A stretch of 64,000 bases of DNA from Betaproteobacteria bacterium (lineage in GTDB: Bacteria; Pseudomonadota; Gammaproteobacteria; Burkholderiales; SG8-41): assembly GCA_021732605.1 (NCBI GenBank), contig JAKFUS010000003.1:51476-115475 (forward strand). Reading direction: 5' to 3'. Of this stretch, positions 1-8,969 are shown in pieces. Under the pieces are notes generated by a model. It worked only from the letters and a program-made list of their open reading frames with translations, was not told where the DNA came from and made no database searches. The position numbers and the translations under genes were made by a program. Position 1 is the stretch's first letter, and every line of letters starts with the position of its first letter.

Positions 1-805
1 CGCGCGGAATGCCGGCGGGACCGAGCAGCGCATACCAGCCGCTGGTCTCGAAACCTTTCAGTGTCTCGCCGATGGCCTGTACATTGGGCAACGTGGAGGA
101 GCGTTTGGCGCTGCAGACACCGATCGCGCGCAGGCGGCCCGCGTCGATGTAGGGTTTGGCGGCGAGCAGTGTATTGACCTGGAACTGGATGTGGCCGGCG
201 ATCAGGTCGGTCAGCGCCTGCCCCGCACCTTTGTACGGAATGTTCACCGCGTCGATTTTCGCCATGGTCTTCAACATTTCGACGGCGAGGTAAGCGGAAT
301 TGCCAGCGGCGGTGCCCGCGGTCAGCTGTCCCGGTTTCGATTTGGCAAGGGCGATGAATTCCTTGACGTTGTTCACCGGCAGCGAGGGATGGACCACCAG
401 CACGGTCGTCGTCAGCCCGAGCTGGCTGATCATCGTGAAATCCTTGATCGGATCAAACGGAATTTTCGGAAACAGCGTTGGATTGATCGCATGCGGCGTG
501 GTCGCGATGACCATGGTGTGGCCATCGGGTGCTGCGCGCGCGACGAACTCGGTGCCGATCATGGTCGCGCCGCCGGCGCGGTTCTCAATAATGATCTGCT
601 GGCCGAAATTTTTGGTCAGCTCCGGGCTGAGCAGGCGCGCGAGGATGTCGGTGCCGCCGCCGGGCGCGGCAGGCACCACGATGCGGATCGGTTTCGACGG
701 GAAAGTCTGTGCAACAGCGGCTTGTGTGAATGCCGCGGCGAGCAGGAGGCCGTGGAGCAGCGCCTGCAGCAGGCAACGCGGGGCTTGGGGAAATGTATTG
801 TTCAT
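1..805 (-). CDS. Bug/TctC-family tripartite tricarboxylate transporter substrate-binding protein (3' end cut by the window edge)
   Basis: Not in the ORF track because it runs off the window. Reverse translation from ATG (complement of 803-805) gives MNNTFPQAPRCLLQALLHGLLLAAAFTQAAVAQTFPSKPIRIVVPAAPGGGTDI. This is the same signal peptide and P-x-R/K-x-I-V-P-x-x-x-G-G start as the other four Bug paralogs here. The same frame at 41-58 reads KGFETS..WYALLGPAGIPR. Confidence 0.8.
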   Translation of the reverse strand, partial: MNNTFPQAPRCLLQALLHGLLLAAAFTQAAVAQTFPSKPIRIVVPAAPGGGTDILARLLSPELTKNFGQQIIIENRAGGATMIGTEFVARAAPDGHTMVIATTPHAINPTLFPKIPFDPIKDFTMISQLGLTTTVLVVHPSLPVNNVKEFIALAKSKPGQLTAGTAAGNSAYLAVEMLKTMAKIDAVNIPYKGAGQALTDLIAGHIQFQVNTLLAAKPYIDAGRLRAIGVCSAKRSSTLPNVQAIGETLKGFETSGWYALLGPAGIPR

Positions 806-886
806 GGGGATGTTCAGCGCGGGATGGTTGAATTTGAGGCGGAATCGTAGCACCAAAATCTTACGCTTCTGTTAACCGGCTCGACA

Positions 887-1792
887 TCAGCGCGGACCCG
901 GCACGACCACTGTCGGATTTCCGGACTGGAAGCGCCGTGCGGGAGGCGTTCCCGCTTCGTAATGCACCAGCGACAGGGCCGGCACTGCGACGTTATCGCA
1001 GACTTTCTGCACGCGGTAGACCTCCATCACCGTTTCCAGTTTCGATTGCACTGCGCAGCCCACCGCCACGCAGGTGATCTCCTTCAGCCAGGCGCAGACT
1101 TTTGTTGCGGAGCCGTCGGCATTCGCAATAGCGGTGAGGAAGGGGGAGTTACGGTGGGAGGAAGGATGCCCTCCCTGCTCCGGCAGCACATCGATCAGAG
1201 CGGTATAAAAACTGCCGTTCAATTCCAAGGCGCCCAGCACTTTTTCCATGAACAGGGACAGATCCCGGGTGTACGAAAAACCGCCGAACACATCGGTAAT
1301 CAGCCGGAACTTCCCCAGCTCAGCCGGCGCGTACTCACGCATCCGCCGGCCATGCCAGTACTGTATTTGATTCGCTTCGAGCCTCTCCGCCGTTTGCTGC
1401 CAAAGGGGTGTTCGCCGGTCTTCGATCGACATGGCGACAGCCTGGGCCTTCCTGCCGCGCTGCTCCTGACCCTCGCGGTTCATCGCGTCGTATCGGGGCG
1501 TGTAGTAATCCAGCACGGCCTGCCCGCGCCCGGCCCCCACATCCAGCCAGCGGTCACCGGGACGCAGAGCGGCCAGGTCACGATCAAATCCGGATAACAG
1601 CGTGGCGGTATAAGCCAGCAATGATCTGTCAATGACATAACCCGACGGTATGTTTTCCCCGGGGGTCTGGTAGATTTTTTCCTGCTTTAAAACTTCTTCC
1701 TTGAATGCGGGACGGTCCTGTGCAACTGCTGGCACCGCGGCCATTACAACGACCAGCGCAGTCAACATGGTGGTATTCAGCACATGTTTCAA
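887..1792 (-). CDS. class I SAM-methyltransferase-like protein with an N-terminal signal peptide or membrane anchor
   Basis: 301 aa. WLDVGAGRGQAVLDYY matches the SAM-binding motif I (D/E-x-G-x-G-x-G). N-terminus is MKHVLNTTMLTALVVVMAAVPAVAQ. TTG start at 1792 is preceded by GGAGG with a 6-nt spacer. Confidence 0.6.
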   Translation of the reverse strand: MKHVLNTTMLTALVVVMAAVPAVAQDRPAFKEEVLKQEKIYQTPGENIPSGYVIDRSLLAYTATLLSGFDRDLAALRPGDRWLDVGAGRGQAVLDYYTPRYDAMNREGQEQRGRKAQAVAMSIEDRRTPLWQQTAERLEANQIQYWHGRRMREYAPAELGKFRLITDVFGGFSYTRDLSLFMEKVLGALELNGSFYTALIDVLPEQGGHPSSHRNSPFLTAIANADGSATKVCAWLKEITCVAVGCAVQSKLETVMEVYRVQKVCDNVAVPALSLVHYEAGTPPARRFQSGNPTVVVPGPR

Positions 1793-2052
1793 TTAACCCC
1801 TCCGACTTTTTTTATAGAACCGTTATTCGCGGCTGGCGGCGGAAATCATAACGTAGCGGACCACAGCCAGCGCAGTAGCGTAGCAAGGAATTGACGACAA
1901 GGCTGCGCTATCCGTATCCGCACTACCGCAATGCGCAGAAACTCAATAAGTATTTGATTTTAAATGTTTTTTATGGCTGCGCTGCGCCCTGCATTCCAGT
2001 CGCTCCGACATGCCGTGTTAAGTTTCGGTTTTCCAACAGCAGGCACAACACC

Positions 2053-2685
2053 ATGAGCATCCCTGAAGCGAAAAACACCGACACCCGCCGTTTCAAACTG
2101 ATCCCAGTGGAAAACCTGACGCCGGAACAGCGCGCGCTGACCGAGGCCATCAAATCCGGCCCGCGCGCCAAACTTGCGAGTTCCGGCGCATCCAAACCGG
2201 GACCTCTGGGCGGTCCGTTCAACGTCTGGTTGCGCAGCCCGGGCATTGGTAATCTGGTGCAGCAGCTCGGCGAGGAAATCCGCTTCCGCAGTTCGCTGGC
2301 AGGCAAGCTCAATGAACTGGCGATCCTGGTGGTGTCGCGGCACTGGACTTCGCAGTACGAATGGGTCGCCCACCACAAGCTCGCGCTGGAAGGCGGGCTG
2401 AACCCGGCGATCGCCGAAGACATCGCGCAGGGCCGGCGGCCGGCAAACATGGATGCCGACGAAACCATCGTCTACAACTTCTCGCGCGAACTGCACGACA
2501 CCCAGGGCGTCAGCGACGCCACTTACAAGATTGCTCTGGATCGTTTTGGCGAACGCGGCGTGGTCGACCTGATTTCAGTCAACGGATTTTATGTGCTGGT
2601 GTCGATGTGTCTGAACGTGGACGGCACCCCCGTGCCGCCGGGCACCCCGTTACCACTGCCGCCGCTGGCGAAGCTGGGTAAATAA
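2053..2685 (+). CDS. carboxymuconolactone decarboxylase (CMD/AhpD-like) family protein
   Basis: HWTSQYEWVAHHKLALEGGL is the CMD-family signature. Start moved to ATG 2053 (MSIPEAKNTD), because the upstream part of ORF 1891.. has no protein-like character. Confidence 0.75.
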   Translation: MSIPEAKNTDTRRFKLIPVENLTPEQRALTEAIKSGPRAKLASSGASKPGPLGGPFNVWLRSPGIGNLVQQLGEEIRFRSSLAGKLNELAILVVSRHWTSQYEWVAHHKLALEGGLNPAIAEDIAQGRRPANMDADETIVYNFSRELHDTQGVSDATYKIALDRFGERGVVDLISVNGFYVLVSMCLNVDGTPVPPGTPLPLPPLAKLGK

Positions 2686-2717
2686 GTAACGGCAAAGCAG
2701 TAGCGCCGGCCCGGTCG

Positions 2718-4439
2718 TCAGGCTGCGGCCGCAAACAATTTGTCATACGCCGCCAGCAGCGTCTGGTGCATGGCGCTGCCCTCCATGTCCGCACCCAGCG
2801 TGTGCAGGCCGAAGTAGCGCTCACTGCGATCGAGCAGGGCCTGCGCCTGACGCACGGTTTCAGCGCCATAAAGCAGAACCAGCGCCCGATGATAATTGCC
2901 GGCGTTTTCCAGGTTCATCAGGCTTTCAATGCAGCGATACACCAGATGACGCCCCGGTTTCATTTCCTGGAAATGGTGGATCCAGTCACAACCTTCGCGA
3001 GTCGCCTCTGCGTCGCCAATGGCGAGTGCCAGCAGGGTTTTCAATTCACCGATGCGCAATTCCTTCCACACCGAATCCAGCGGAATGGCCAGGCCGAGGA
3101 TTTCCCAGAGCGGCCGTTCGTCGTTCAGGTTCAGGGTCTGCAGATCATCAAGCAGGGCGCGGGCTTCGGCATCGCTCAAGGCCGGCAGTCTGACCAGCGC
3201 GGGGCGGATACGATTGCCGATGCTGTTGTTTTCCCAGGCCAGATCTTCCACCGGATAGATCTCGGACATGCCCGGCACCAGGATGCGGCAGCTATAAGCG
3301 CCTTGCTCGGTGAAATCTGCGACGTAGATGTCGTGGCCTTCGGCCTTGATGCAGTTGCACAGCCAGGCATAGTCTTCCGCGGTGGTGGTGCTGAAGTTCC
3401 AGTCGGCGAAGGGATGGTCCGGCGTGTCACCGAGAAAATTCCAGCTGATCACGCCGCTGGAATCGACGAAGTGAATTTCCAGATTCGACGCCATGGTGAT
3501 TTCATCCATGTCGAAGCCCGGCTCGGGAAAATTCTCCAGTGACTCCAGCGCCCGCCCCTGCAGCAATTCGGTGAGCGCGCGTTCCAGCGCCACTTCGAAG
3601 CGCGGGTGCGCACCGAAGCTGGCAAACACGCCCTGGTCCTTGGGATGCAGCAACGTGACGTTCATCACCGGGTAGCGGCCGCCGAGCGAGGCGTCGCGCA
3701 CGAGGATGCCGAAACCGGCCTCGCGCAAACCTTTGATGCCGGCGGCGATGCCGGGATAACGCGCGATCACTGCCTCCGGCACTTCGGGCAGGCACAGCCC
3801 GCCGGCGATGATACGGTTCTTGATATTGCGTTCAAAAATCTCGGACAGCGCCTGGCTGCGCGCCTCCATCAGCGTGTTGCCGGCGGCCATGCCGTTGCTG
3901 ACGTAAAGGTTGCCGATGATGTTGACGGGTATCCACGTCTGCGCGCCATCGCTTAGGCGCGTGTAGGGCAAGGCGCAGATGCCGCGCTTCACATTGCCGG
4001 AATTGAGATCGACCAGCACTTCGCCGTCAATGTCGCTTTGCGGGTTGTAAAACGCATGCAGTTCGGGATTGAGCAATTCCGCCGGCCAGTGGCCATCATC
4101 CGTCGGCGCAAACCAGCGCTCCTGCGGGTAGTGAACAAAGGGCCGGTTGGCGCGGGTTTCGCCAAGGTAAAAATGGGTCCAGAAATAATGCGTGCCCAAC
4201 CGCTCGAAGAACTCGCCGAGGGCGCTGGCGCGTGCAGCCAGTTTGGTCCCGCCCTTGCCGTTGGCAAACAGCATCGGGCATTCGCGGTCGCGAACATGGA
4301 CCGACCAGATCGACTCGACCGGATTCAGCCAGGACGATTCATCCAGCACAAAGCCGCGAACCGCCAGCTTTTGCTGCATGGTGTGGATGGTGGATTCTAG
4401 GGAAGCGTCTTTCCCGGGGATAAAACTTTCGCTAGGCAT
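2718..4439 (-). CDS. ycaO: YcaO-type kinase domain protein (E. coli YcaO-like, stand-alone)
   Basis: About 573 aa. N-terminus MPSESFIPGKDASLESTIHTMQQKL resembles the E. coli YcaO start (..FIPGKDAALEDSI..QQKL). Length and GKGGTKLAARASALGEFFERL also fit. Start chosen at ATG 4439. Confidence 0.85.
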   Translation of the reverse strand: MPSESFIPGKDASLESTIHTMQQKLAVRGFVLDESSWLNPVESIWSVHVRDRECPMLFANGKGGTKLAARASALGEFFERLGTHYFWTHFYLGETRANRPFVHYPQERWFAPTDDGHWPAELLNPELHAFYNPQSDIDGEVLVDLNSGNVKRGICALPYTRLSDGAQTWIPVNIIGNLYVSNGMAAGNTLMEARSQALSEIFERNIKNRIIAGGLCLPEVPEAVIARYPGIAAGIKGLREAGFGILVRDASLGGRYPVMNVTLLHPKDQGVFASFGAHPRFEVALERALTELLQGRALESLENFPEPGFDMDEITMASNLEIHFVDSSGVISWNFLGDTPDHPFADWNFSTTTAEDYAWLCNCIKAEGHDIYVADFTEQGAYSCRILVPGMSEIYPVEDLAWENNSIGNRIRPALVRLPALSDAEARALLDDLQTLNLNDERPLWEILGLAIPLDSVWKELRIGELKTLLALAIGDAEATREGCDWIHHFQEMKPGRHLVYRCIESLMNLENAGNYHRALVLLYGAETVRQAQALLDRSERYFGLHTLGADMEGSAMHQTLLAAYDKLFAAAA

Positions 4440-4590
4440 GGCTGGGGTACTCGGCAGATTTGAAGAGTGCGCGAGGATGCCAGTTTTCACCGGCGGATAC
4501 CAGCAAGGGCCCTACATTCAACCGCCATCATCTTCGGGCAGTGCGTCTGCCACCTTGCGCGCCTTGCGTTACGCACTTTGCGTTAATTAA

Positions 4591-5622
4591 TCAGGCGCTG
4601 AAATCAGCCTTGAGCACAATGCGATAGCGGGCCTTGCCGGCGTGGAGATGCGCCAGGGCGTCATTGACCCGGCTCATTGGAAACTGTTCCACTTGCGGCG
4701 CTATGCCATGACGGGCGCAGAACTCGAGCATTTTCGCAATGCTGCCGGGTGAACCGGTGGGCGAACCCGAAATGCTCTTCTGCCCCATGATCAGCGAAAA
4801 GGCCTGCACCGGTATCGGCTCCAGCACAGCGCCGACGAAATGCAGCCCGCCTTTGGGACCAAGAGCGGCGATGATCGCATCCCAGTCGAGAGCGACGTTG
4901 GCGGTGACCAGCACCAGATCGAGACTGCCGGCGATAGCGGCAATCTCTTTGGAGTCGCGGCTTGACACCACGTGGTGTGCACCCAGCGCCCGGGCTTCAT
5001 CATGCTTCGACGGGCTGGAAGTGAAGGCAGTCACCTCGCAACCCCAGGCTTTAAGAAAACGCACCGCCATGTGACCCAGGCCGCCGATGCCAACCACACC
5101 CACATGGCTGGTGGGCGTGATGCCATAAACCAGCAAGGGACTGAAGACGGTGATGCCGCCGCAAAACAGTGGTCCCGCAGTTTCCGGCGGCACGCCCTTG
5201 GGCAGCGGAATGGCCCACGCCCAGTGCGCGCGCACGCGATCAGCAAAGCCGCCGTGGCGACCAACGATGGTGGCCTTGGCGGTGCTGCACAGGTGCTGGT
5301 CGCCGCCGATGCAGGGCGTGCAGTGCATGCAGCTGGCACTGGTCCAGCCCACACCCACCTGCTCGCCGAGGCTCAGACCCTTGACCGCAGCACCGGCGGC
5401 GACGATGCGGCCCACCACTTCGTGGCCCGCTACCAGAGGATAAGCGGACATGCCCCACTCGTTTTCGATCATCGACAGGTCGGAATGACACAGGCCGCAA
5501 TACTCAACAGCGACTTCGACCTCTTCATCCCCGAGCGGACCCGGATCGTAGTCGTAGCGCTCCAATTTCTGTTTGGCGGCGGTGGCCGCCCAGGCACGTA
5601 TTTTGCTGGTTGCTGTGGTCAT
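4591..5622 (-). CDS. NAD(P)-dependent zinc alcohol dehydrogenase (cinnamyl-alcohol-dehydrogenase / YahK-like family)
   Basis: GLCHSD and GHEVVGRIVAAG are the catalytic and structural Zn motifs. GVVGIGGLGHMAV is the Rossmann motif. Start chosen at ATG 5622 (MTTATSKIRAW). Confidence 0.85.
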   Translation of the reverse strand: MTTATSKIRAWAATAAKQKLERYDYDPGPLGDEEVEVAVEYCGLCHSDLSMIENEWGMSAYPLVAGHEVVGRIVAAGAAVKGLSLGEQVGVGWTSASCMHCTPCIGGDQHLCSTAKATIVGRHGGFADRVRAHWAWAIPLPKGVPPETAGPLFCGGITVFSPLLVYGITPTSHVGVVGIGGLGHMAVRFLKAWGCEVTAFTSSPSKHDEARALGAHHVVSSRDSKEIAAIAGSLDLVLVTANVALDWDAIIAALGPKGGLHFVGAVLEPIPVQAFSLIMGQKSISGSPTGSPGSIAKMLEFCARHGIAPQVEQFPMSRVNDALAHLHAGKARYRIVLKADFSA

Positions 5623-5714
5623 GGCTGTAATCCTGTGATGTGGCGTCGCATTCAGCGCGCTGCGGTTTTCGTCTACCGCCATTCGACTGCAATTATAAAA
5701 CCGGAGTCGTGGGA

Positions 5715-6329
5715 TTACCCGCCGAGGGTCTGGTCCTGGTTTTGAAACCAGGCCAGCGCATGCTCGAAATGCTGTGGCTCAAAATCCGGCCAGTATTCAT
5801 CCCGGACATAAAAATCCGCATACACCGATTGCACCGGGAGGAAACCGCTCAGCCTACGTCCGCCGCCCCAGCGCACGATGAGATCCATGCGCGAAATTTC
5901 ATCGGAACGCAGTCCGCCGTTTTTAAGACCGGCCAGATCCCATTCCCAGTCATAGTTGACCAGCAGATTCACCTTCATGCCGTCACCCCGGCGCTGCCGG
6001 AATTGTTTTAGCGCGACCGGGAATTGCCTGGACGTTTCATCGCCCACCACCAGCAGCGCTGCGCCGCGCTGGGCGATATCAAAAGCAAGGTTTACACAGG
6101 CCTCGCTGAACGCCTGTTTCTGGATGGTGGGCCGCCGGGTGTTGTCCTGGGTAAAGCCATAGATGGAAATTTCATTGATCCCACAGCCCCTGCATTTTTC
6201 ATACAGCTGCAGGCCGGGGGCAACGCCATGGGCATATCCGGCCTCTTTGGGCAGGCCGCGGTCCAGCGCCCAGCGGCGATTGCCATCCGGGATGAAACCA
6301 ATGTGGCGCGGGATGCTATTTTTTGGCAC
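5715..6329 (-). CDS. undecaprenyl-diphosphate-synthase-family cis-prenyltransferase, short (204 aa) orphan paralog
   Basis: HIGFIPDGNRRWA is the canonical D-G-N-R-R-W substrate and Mg site. RWGGGRRLSGFLPVQSVYADFY matches the C-terminal R-x-S-x-F-L-x-W-Q-x-x-Y-x-E-type motif. GTG start. Confidence 0.75.
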   Translation of the reverse strand: MPKNSIPRHIGFIPDGNRRWALDRGLPKEAGYAHGVAPGLQLYEKCRGCGINEISIYGFTQDNTRRPTIQKQAFSEACVNLAFDIAQRGAALLVVGDETSRQFPVALKQFRQRRGDGMKVNLLVNYDWEWDLAGLKNGGLRSDEISRMDLIVRWGGGRRLSGFLPVQSVYADFYVRDEYWPDFEPQHFEHALAWFQNQDQTLGG

Positions 6330-6386
6330 CGCAAACCCGGTGCCGGCGTAAAACGCCGGCAGATGATCCGCAGACGATCATCACAT

Positions 6387-6869
6387 TCAGGCCGGCTTGA
6401 CGGGTGAAATCAGCAGAAGCTGGCAGGGCAGGCAGTAGCGGGTCGTCGGCTGATATTTCAGCCGCGCCCGGTCAATCCCGCTGCCGCAGTAAATGCACAC
6501 GCCGTAACTGCCGTCGCTGATGCGTGCAAGCGCGACCTCGATCTCCTGCAGTTCCTGGCTGTTGCGGATTATCGTCATCATCGCGGCATCAATCACGTCT
6601 GTCGCATGAGGATGGGCACCATCACCTACGGGCAGCGGCTCGGCGATGACTTGTTTGATGCCAGCTGGCGTCATGATTTCGTGCATCTCGTCCAGCAGCC
6701 GCCTGCGCTGCGCATGCAGCAATGCCCTGAATTCAAAAGCATGGACTCTGGGCAGAGGTGGACGTTTTTTCCCTGAAAAATGATCAATGACTGCGCCCAC
6801 GCCATCTGTACCCGGATCGCCCCCCGACGCCATTGCGGGTTCCTGATCGAAACTGTGCAGTTGATTCAT
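6387..6869 (-). CDS. TraR/DksA-family C4 zinc-finger protein
   Basis: C-terminal CIYCGSGIDRARLKYQPTTRYCLPC is a CxxC-N17-CxxC motif. It is preceded by a helical region (ELQEIEVALARISDGSYG). Start chosen at ATG 6869. Confidence 0.7.
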   Translation of the reverse strand: MNQLHSFDQEPAMASGGDPGTDGVGAVIDHFSGKKRPPLPRVHAFEFRALLHAQRRRLLDEMHEIMTPAGIKQVIAEPLPVGDGAHPHATDVIDAAMMTIIRNSQELQEIEVALARISDGSYGVCIYCGSGIDRARLKYQPTTRYCLPCQLLLISPVKPA

Positions 6870-7170
6870 CGTAGCCCCTTTGCAGAATGAATGAATAAAG
6901 GTCTTCGACGGGTCATTACCGAACCGTAGTGCGCACACGCCGAATCTCTGTTCTCATGCTAGGCGCAGATATACATTCGTTTAGTACGGTAACGTACATA
7001 ACAACTCCCAACCCACGCAGCTTCAGCCCTGGGATGACCCGCCCAGGTTGGGTTTACAACATTTATTTCTTTATGTGTTATGCCGTACAGAACATCCCAG
7101 GGCTGCAGAAGAAAATCCGGCCCACGATGACATTTCCCCATCGGACTGGACATCACATTTTGGAGGTCGC

Positions 7171-7800
7171 ATGAAACTGAAACGTGCCCTGCTCGCTGCT
7201 GCACTGTTGACCATGTCTGGTTTGGCCAACGCCGAGCTTTCGTTCATGACCTCTTCCACGACATCACGCAGCGAGATTTTCAACATCGCAGGCTTCTCCA
7301 ACCTTGCTGTTGGCACTGCGGTTGATCTGGGTGCTCTGGTGACCAATCATTCCGGCGTGGCCACGTTTACGTATCTGGGCCAGGAATCCGGCTATACCGA
7401 TTCGCTTAACCTTCCGGCCAGTGGCCTCAGCCTGTTCGAGAGCAATCCGGTTGGCACTTCCATTATCTCCGTGGTCAACAGTACCGGCCCCCTTAACTTC
7501 AGATTCGTCGAACTCATCAGTCCGACAAACGCTTCCGCCAACAATGGCGGCATCTGGGGTCCAAATACGTCCATCGGCCTGATCGGCAGGAACATGAGCG
7601 TATTGGGCAACACGTATCAATATGTACTTGGCTATAACGACAGCGCCGGCTCCGCCACCCTTGGCGACTGGGATGATTTTGTAATCGGCGTCAACTTCAC
7701 CACTCAAGTCCCGGAACCCGAAGTCTACGGCATGATGGTTGCAGGCTTGGGCTTGCTGGGTTGGGTCGGCCGGCGCAGGAAACAACAAGCTGCCGCCTGA
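7171..7800 (+). CDS. PEP-CTERM sorting-domain secreted protein
   Basis: Signal peptide MKLKRALLAAALLTMSGLANA. C-terminal VPEPEVYGMMVAGLGLLGWVGRRRK has the PEP motif, a TM helix and a basic tail. GGAGG lies 4 nt upstream of the ATG. Confidence 0.8.
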   Translation: MKLKRALLAAALLTMSGLANAELSFMTSSTTSRSEIFNIAGFSNLAVGTAVDLGALVTNHSGVATFTYLGQESGYTDSLNLPASGLSLFESNPVGTSIISVVNSTGPLNFRFVELISPTNASANNGGIWGPNTSIGLIGRNMSVLGNTYQYVLGYNDSAGSATLGDWDDFVIGVNFTTQVPEPEVYGMMVAGLGLLGWVGRRRKQQAAA

Positions 7801-7817
7801 TTTCCCGCGACCTGCGC

Positions 7818-7849
7818 AAAAAACACGGCACTCAGTGCCGTGTTTTTTT
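7818..7849. terminator. bidirectional rho-independent terminator
   Basis: aaaaaa-CACGGCAC-tca-GTGCCGTG-ttttttt is a perfect 8-bp stem flanked by an A-run and a T-run. It sits between convergent genes 7171..7800 (+) and 7874..8878 (-). Confidence 0.75.
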
Positions 7850-7873
7850 ATGGGCAGTCAGGAATCCCGTCGT

Positions 7874-8878
7874 CTAAGTCGGCTGAATCTTCGCCTGCTT
7901 GATCACCTTGCCCCAGCGCGCGATCTCGGACTTGATGTACGCCGAGAACTCGCCCGGCGTGCTGCCCACCGGAATCACCGCTTCTTCCACCAGCTTGTTG
8001 GTGACCTGCGGCGACTTGGTGATGCGGATGATTTCCGTGCCCAGCTTGTCGATCGCGTATTTCGGTGTGCCGGCCGGGGCCGCGACGCCGTACCAGGAAC
8101 CGGTCTCGTAACCCTTGAGGCCGGCTTCAGCCACAGTCGGCACATCGGGAATCGCCGCCGAACGTTTGCTGCCGGTCATCGCAATCGCGCGCAGCCGGCC
8201 CGCCCTGACCTGAGGCAGCATCGCCACCGCGCTGGAGAACATCACCTGCACTTCGCCCGACATCAGTTCGGTCAGTGCGGGGGCCAAACCTTTGTACGGA
8301 ATATGCGTCATTTTGGTACCTGCCAGCATGTCAAACAGCTCGACGGCCATATGCGAAGAACCGCCGGTGCCGTTGGAGGCGTAATTGATGGCGTCGGGCT
8401 TGGCTTTCGCCAGCGCGATCAGATCCTTCACCGATTTTGCCGGCAGCGAGGGATGCACCACCACCAGCAGCGGCGCCGATGCAATCAGGCTGATCGCGTC
8501 AAAATCCCTGACCGGGTCATACAGCGGTTTTTTGGTCAGGTTCGGATTGAGGCCGTGGCTGCCCACACCGGCGAGGAATATGGTGTACCCATCCGCAGGC
8601 GATGTGGCGGCCAGTTGCGCGCCCAGCGCGCCGGCAGCGCCCGGACGATTGTCGATCGTGACCTGCTGGCCGAAGGTGGCCGCCATCTGCTGTCCGACCA
8701 GGCGCGCGATGGTGTCGTTGCCGCCGCCGGGCGGGAAAGGCACGATGAAACGGATCGCTTTTGACGGGTATTTCGCGCCGTCCTCGGCGCTGTGCACCGG
8801 CGCGCTCAGCAAAAACGGAACAGCCATGCCGCAGGCCAGCAGTGTGCGGGTAACGCGGATACGGAATGTCTGATTCAT
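7874..8878 (-). CDS. Bug/TctC-family substrate-binding protein
   Basis: Signal peptide, then YPSKAIRFIVPFPPGGGNDTIARL and ..GSWYGVAAPAGTP... Start chosen at ATG 8878 (MNQTFRI). Confidence 0.85.
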   Translation of the reverse strand: MNQTFRIRVTRTLLACGMAVPFLLSAPVHSAEDGAKYPSKAIRFIVPFPPGGGNDTIARLVGQQMAATFGQQVTIDNRPGAAGALGAQLAATSPADGYTIFLAGVGSHGLNPNLTKKPLYDPVRDFDAISLIASAPLLVVVHPSLPAKSVKDLIALAKAKPDAINYASNGTGGSSHMAVELFDMLAGTKMTHIPYKGLAPALTELMSGEVQVMFSSAVAMLPQVRAGRLRAIAMTGSKRSAAIPDVPTVAEAGLKGYETGSWYGVAAPAGTPKYAIDKLGTEIIRITKSPQVTNKLVEEAVIPVGSTPGEFSAYIKSEIARWGKVIKQAKIQPT

Positions 8879-8969
8879 GGGGTCTCTCGTCGCGTGGAGT
8901 GGCGCACACGGGTGCGCCACGGATTAAATACTGTAACTACTTGATTTTATTGATATTTAATAGCGTGAT

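Noticed and set aside
191-875. Two overlapping plus-strand ORFs (219 aa and 191 aa) at the window start
   Set aside because: The minus strand here encodes the N-terminal 268 codons of a Bug-family protein, verified by hand translation at both ends. The plus-strand products are Arg/Gly-rich noise.
2718-4439. YcaO as the core of a RiPP (azoline/thioamide) biosynthetic cluster
   Set aside because: The protein matches the stand-alone E. coli-type YcaO in length and N-terminus. No precursor peptide, E1-like/Ocin-ThiF partner, TfuA or dehydrogenase gene is adjacent. The neighbours are a CMD-family protein and an alcohol dehydrogenase.
7146-7170. Sigma-54-type promoter (TGGAC-N-TTTTGG) upstream of the PEP-CTERM gene
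   Set aside because: It matches only the GG of the -24 element and lacks the GC of the -12 element. It also overlaps the RBS, leaving no 5' UTR.
7739-8764. 341-aa plus-strand ORF
   Set aside because: It is antisense to the Bug gene 7874..8878 and has Arg/His-rich composition.
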